A program made the translations under genes and the position numbers. From NCBI GenBank assembly GCA_048939465.1, contig JBHLPL010000024.1, forward strand, positions 1-21,203: a stretch of DNA of 21,203 nucleotides. Reading direction: 5' to 3'. How positions within the stretch are numbered: the first letter of the stretch is position 1; every line of letters begins with the position of its first letter. The notes under the pieces were generated by a model. That model was not told the DNA's origin. It saw nothing but the letters and a program-made list of their open reading frames with translations, and searched no databases. Positions 17,902-21,203 of the stretch are shown one piece after another. Source of the DNA: Promethearchaeota archaeon (lineage in GTDB: Archaea; Asgardarchaeota; Odinarchaeia; Odinarchaeales; JBHLKK01).

Positions 17902-17948
17902 CCTTTAACCTTTTCCAAAAGCCCTCAGCCATAAGCTTTTTCAAATAA
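17902..17948. promoter_or_regulatory. Back-to-back promoters for pyrB (minus) and tRNA-His (plus)
   Basis: Minus-strand GGAAAAGG-TTAAAGG (17916-17902) is a good BRE-TATA. Plus-strand ATAAG-CTTTTTCAAATAA (17931-17948) is a weaker TATA-like element upstream of the tRNA. Confidence 0.5.
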
Positions 17949-17970
17949 TTCATCTATATTCCAACAGAGT

Positions 17971-18140
17971 GGCCGGGATCAAGATGGCCGGGATACGCGA
18001 AAAAAAGCGTCCCGAAGGGGTAGGGGTAGTCCTGGCGGCCTGTGGACCCCGACATATAAAGGGGGACAGACAGACGCCATGTAAACCACTACGTGGTGCC
18101 ATAACCGCAGGCGGGGGTTCGAATCCCCCTCCCGGCCCCA
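17971..18140 (+). tRNA. tRNA-His(GTG) with three introns (8/9: 17995-18016; 37/38: 18046-18071; 39/40: 18074-18104) and a possible fourth (5/6: 17977-17991); G-1 and CCA encoded
   Basis: After removal the 76-nt mature sequence is G-GCCGGGA-TG-GGGTAGGGGTAGTCCT-G-GCGGC-CTGTGGA-GCCGC-AGGC-GGGGG-TTCGAAT-CCCCC-TCCCGGC-C-CCA. It has a perfect 7-bp acceptor stem plus G-1:C73 (the His hallmark) and perfect anticodon and T stems. The gene starts at 17986 instead if the 5' duplication is only leader. Confidence 0.93.
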
Positions 18141-18153
18141 CTTATACTTGGGC

Positions 18154-18158
18154 TTTTT
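18154..18158 (+). terminator. Candidate oligo(T) terminator after tRNA-His
   Basis: TTTTT run 13 nt after the CCA; archaeal intrinsic terminators are T-tracts. Confidence 0.35.
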
Positions 18159-18235
18159 GGTCTTATCCAAAATACGAAGGCATCTCTCATTTTGCTAAGA
18201 TATGAAATAGGTGACCCTTGATAGAGGGGTGAGGA

Positions 18236-18460
18236 ATGGTCAAAACAAGAACTATATTGATTCTCTTAGTCATTTTGGTAGAATTTACTTCCATGATGAA
18301 TCTCGGTTTGTACTTTATCAACTATGATTCAATGTGTGGATTGACCAATGCTTCAATGTACGCGCTAGGAATCCTCTTAATGCAAATAGAACTAGTATTA
18401 ATAACAGTCCTGCTAATTAGATATCGTTCTTCAATTAAAGAGGTCCAAAGCGAGTCATGA
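18236..18460 (+). CDS. Small hypothetical membrane protein (two predicted TM helices)
   Basis: Strong GGGGTGAGG RBS directly before ATG. Two hydrophobic stretches (TILILLVILVEF..; ALGILLMQIELVLITVLLI) and a basic C-terminal tail. Confidence 0.65.
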   Translation: MVKTRTILILLVILVEFTSMMNLGLYFINYDSMCGLTNASMYALGILLMQIELVLITVLLIRYRSSIKEVQSES

Positions 18461-18594
18461 CAATGAGAGGAAATAAGCTTTTTTGCTCAAGATCATGCCA
18501 CACTACTTTTCTAAAATTCTTTGTCTGCAAGATTTATAAAAGTCCTTTGAGTGTGTTTACCTGTTTATAACTACCAAAATAACAAGAAATAACT

Positions 18595-20499
18595 CTATTG
18601 TTGTCCCTTTCTCATGTTTCGCCCTCGGCTGGTTGGTAGGGGTGCTGTTTCGAGCTCCTCTTGAGCCGTCCTTAATATTTCGTCAGAAATCTCCTCAGGG
18701 GATTGATGTGCATAATATGTATCATAAAGTGCTCTGTATCGTCCTCCAAGTTTGAGCAGTTCATCATGAGTTCCCTGTTCAATTAATTTGCCATGCTCAA
18801 ATAGCAACACACGTGAGGCGTTAGCAATCGTTGTTAGCCGATGGGCGATTACAACGGTAGTCCGCTTGGCAAATAATTTCTCCTGTGCTGCCTGTACCAA
18901 CGATTCTGAATAAGCGTCCAGTCGACTGGTCGCTTCATCAAGGATAAGAATTCTGGGATCTGCCAACATGGTTCGGGCAATTGCTATCATTTGGACTTGT
19001 CCGGCGCTCAGATTCTTGCCACCCTCTGTGACCAGTGTATTGTAGCCTTGGGGCAAAACCTCAATGAAGTCATGCGCACCAATTAGGGCGCTCAGTTTCA
19101 TGATTTCTTCATCTGATGCAGAAGGGCGTCCATACCTGATGTTTTCTAAAACAGTATCATCAAAGAGGTAGGGCTCCTGTGAGATCAGAGCCACATCATC
19201 ATGTAGTGACCGTAGAGTAACCTTCCGAAGATCCTGTTCTCCGATTAGTATTCTCCCTTTTTGAGGATCATAAAACCGATTTATGAGAGCTGCTATGGTC
19301 GTTTTTCCAGCTCCTGTATGACCAACGATAGCAACGGTTTCTCCAGGGGCAATTGTGAAAGTCACATTTCTCAGAACGTCTATCCCTTCCACGTAAGCAA
19401 AAGTCACGTTATCAAAAACAATACCATCACTACTTGGTTTGAGGGGTTTTGCTGTAGGACTATCTACGATGGTGGGCTGTGCCTCAAGAACATCCAAGAG
19501 CCGATCCATAGAAGCCATGGATGCTTGAAACTGGGTTGCCATCATACTCAGGGTGAGAAGTGGCCAGAGAAATCGTTGAACCAAAATAATGCCGAGAAAC
19601 ACTTCGCCCAAGGTTAAAACAGGTAATGTCCCCGCTGCTAGACCTCCTGCCACAAACAGCATGGCCGAAATTGCAGCAATCCCGGTTGCACGGACGAGGG
19701 GTTGCATTACGGTCATCAAAATCATGAAGCGAAAGCCATGATGATAGGCCTCTTGATTCAACGCGTTTAACGTAGCAGCGGTTTCGTCTTCGCGGTTGAA
19801 AGCCTTGGCTATGTGAACACCGCTCAAGTTTTCAGCGATTTGCCCAGAGACATAACCTTGTGCGCGTTGTGAAGCAAGCATCGTTCGCTGACCAACGGTT
19901 CCGAATAGGACCATAATGAGAATAACGACGGGAATTACTATAAGCGCTGTGAGAGCTACTAGAGGCGATGCCAACCACATCAGAAGAAAGGTAGCAATCA
20001 GCAAGAGAATCTGACTGGAAACGTCAATAATTATTTGAACACCTTGAGCCAGCGAGTCGGTATCCGTGGTGACTCGTGAGGTAACATTGCCACTCTGTTC
20101 TGATCGATGATAGGACAAATCTGCCTTTATCAGGCGGTTATAGACATCTTGCTGCAGGGATTGAACAAACCCTGCTTGTGCGCCCGAAAGAATCCAAGTG
20201 TTGATCGAGCCAAGTATCCAGCTAAGAACTCTTAACACTACATATACAAGACCGAGAATGATAATTCCATTTAACGTACTTCCCGGTGAGAGGAGGAGGT
20301 CAATTCCCCACGACAGTACAAGTGGATCCACAGCACTCATCGTAATCGCTATCAACGACAGTATTGCTGCAACTGCAATTATCCTCTTGAACTTACCCAG
20401 ATAACCGAACATTCTTCTTAAAAGAACACGAAGGGGCCGACTTCGTTTATCACGTCCTCCCAATAGGGCGGGCGGTCCTCTATGACCTCGCATTCCCAT
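18595..20499 (-). CDS. ABC exporter, fused TMD-NBD (type IV), TM288/TmrA-like subunit
   Basis: Six-TM domain, Walker A GHTGAGKTT, Q-loop SQEP, variant signature LSAGQ, Walker B ILILDEAT, H-loop IAHR. Confidence 0.93.
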   Translation of the reverse strand: MGMRGHRGPPALLGGRDKRSRPLRVLLRRMFGYLGKFKRIIAVAAILSLIAITMSAVDPLVLSWGIDLLLSPGSTLNGIIILGLVYVVLRVLSWILGSINTWILSGAQAGFVQSLQQDVYNRLIKADLSYHRSEQSGNVTSRVTTDTDSLAQGVQIIIDVSSQILLLIATFLLMWLASPLVALTALIVIPVVILIMVLFGTVGQRTMLASQRAQGYVSGQIAENLSGVHIAKAFNREDETAATLNALNQEAYHHGFRFMILMTVMQPLVRATGIAAISAMLFVAGGLAAGTLPVLTLGEVFLGIILVQRFLWPLLTLSMMATQFQASMASMDRLLDVLEAQPTIVDSPTAKPLKPSSDGIVFDNVTFAYVEGIDVLRNVTFTIAPGETVAIVGHTGAGKTTIAALINRFYDPQKGRILIGEQDLRKVTLRSLHDDVALISQEPYLFDDTVLENIRYGRPSASDEEIMKLSALIGAHDFIEVLPQGYNTLVTEGGKNLSAGQVQMIAIARTMLADPRILILDEATSRLDAYSESLVQAAQEKLFAKRTTVVIAHRLTTIANASRVLLFEHGKLIEQGTHDELLKLGGRYRALYDTYYAHQSPEEISDEILRTAQEELETAPLPTSRGRNMRKGQQ

Positions 20500-21203
20500 T
20501 AGGCAGCCCCTCCTTTCGGGGAATGTTTTCGAGCATATGGCAACGCTCCGGGAAGATGTTCAAAAATACGCTGATAGCGCTCCGAAGAGCTGAGTAGTTC
20601 TTCATGCGTTCCAAAGGCTACTAGTTTGCCTTTATCAACGATCACAATGAGATCGGATTCAAGCAATGTTCTCAGTCGCTGCGTAACGGTAATACTCGTT
20701 CGACCTTTCATCGCTTCATCCAGTGCCTTCCGAAGTTGAAACTCTGTCTGTGCATCAATAGCACTGACGGAGTCATCTAAAAGGAGGATCTTTGGGTCTT
20801 GTATAAGAGTTCGAGCAATGGCTAGGCGTTGTCGCTGGCCCCCACTTAGGGTCATCCCTCGCTCTCCAATAACCGTGTCATAACCTTCAGGTAGTTCTTC
20901 TATGAATTCATCAGCTTGGGCTCTCTTTGCAGCCTTAAGAATATCCTCATCACTCGCATCTATGCGGCCAAATCCGATATTATCACGGATTCTCATACGG
21001 AAAAGGAAGATCTCCTGTTCTACGAGTCCCACAGCTGCCCTTACGTCTCGTGTGCAAACATCTCGAAGATCAACTCCCCCGACAAGGATTCTCCCCTCTG
21101 TTGGATCATACAGGCGGAGCAGCAACTTCAAAATCGTACTCTTTCCCCCTCCTGGCCCTCCGATTAAAGCAACGCGGGAACCGCCAGGAATCGTCAGATT
21201 TAT
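20499..21203 (-). CDS. ABC exporter partner subunit, TM287/TmrB-like; partial, 5' part beyond the window edge
   Basis: The frame stays open to the window end (INLTIPGGSRVALIGGPGGGKSTILKLL). Signature LSGGQ, Walker B ILLLDDS, switch VTQR. TAATG overlap with the next ABC gene. Confidence 0.92.
   Translation of the reverse strand: MNLTIPGGSRVALIGGPGGGKSTILKLLLRLYDPTEGRILVGGVDLRDVCTRDVRAAVGLVEQEIFLFRMRIRDNIGFGRIDASDEDILKAAKRAQADEFIEELPEGYDTVIGERGMTLSGGQRQRLAIARTLIQDPKILLLDDSVSAIDAQTEFQLRKALDEAMKGRTSITVTQRLRTLLESDLIVIVDKGKLVAFGTHEELLSSSERYQRIFEHLPGALPYARKHSPKGGAA

Noticed and set aside
17858-17953. 32-aa N-terminal extension of PyrB in the ORF track
   Set aside because: It spans the BRE-TATA element and lies upstream of the RBS; homology begins at about VSFEGR.
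17950-18205. Three short ORFs (63-78 aa) on both strands
   Set aside because: They are translations of the tRNA-His gene and its introns; GGGFEPP is the reverse complement of the T-arm.
1-21203. CRISPR arrays, IS elements, inteins, rRNA, recoded stop codons
   Set aside because: No regularly spaced repeats, transposase motifs, intein insertions (atpA and topA are of normal length), rRNA-like segments or in-frame stops were seen.

Overview
Archaeal chromosomal window. Evidence: GGTGA/GGAGG ribosome-binding sites, BRE-TATA promoters, A/V-type ATP synthase genes, pyrB-pyrI, mptE, an archaeal-type topA and BHB-type tRNA introns. A TACK- or Asgard-like lineage is plausible but cannot be fixed from this window. 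Gene order: tRNA-Leu(CAG) with an intron; Isf/flavodoxin-like protein; GNAT; gamma-glutamyltransferase; class I disulfide oxidoreductase; HAD phosphatase; folP; gcvT; gcvH; NAD-kinase-like protein; CofE-family ligase; mptE; topA; small zinc-finger protein; a partial ATP synthase cluster (H-E-F-A); pyrI-pyrB; tRNA-His(GTG); small membrane protein; heterodimeric ABC exporter (the second gene is cut by the window edge). The strongest signal is in the tRNA genes, reconstructed by hand. tRNA-His is split by three introns (8/9, 37/38, 39/40), and the 39/40 splice motif forms only after the 37/38 intron is removed. A 15-nt duplication in its acceptor stem folds as a possible fourth intron (5/6). tRNA-Leu carries a 21-nt intron in its variable-arm loop. 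Second, MptE, FolP and a CofE-family ligase sit beside glycine-cleavage T/H genes, which suggests a non-canonical archaeal folate route with a candidate for the unassigned pterin phosphatase. No mobile element, CRISPR array or rRNA was recognised.
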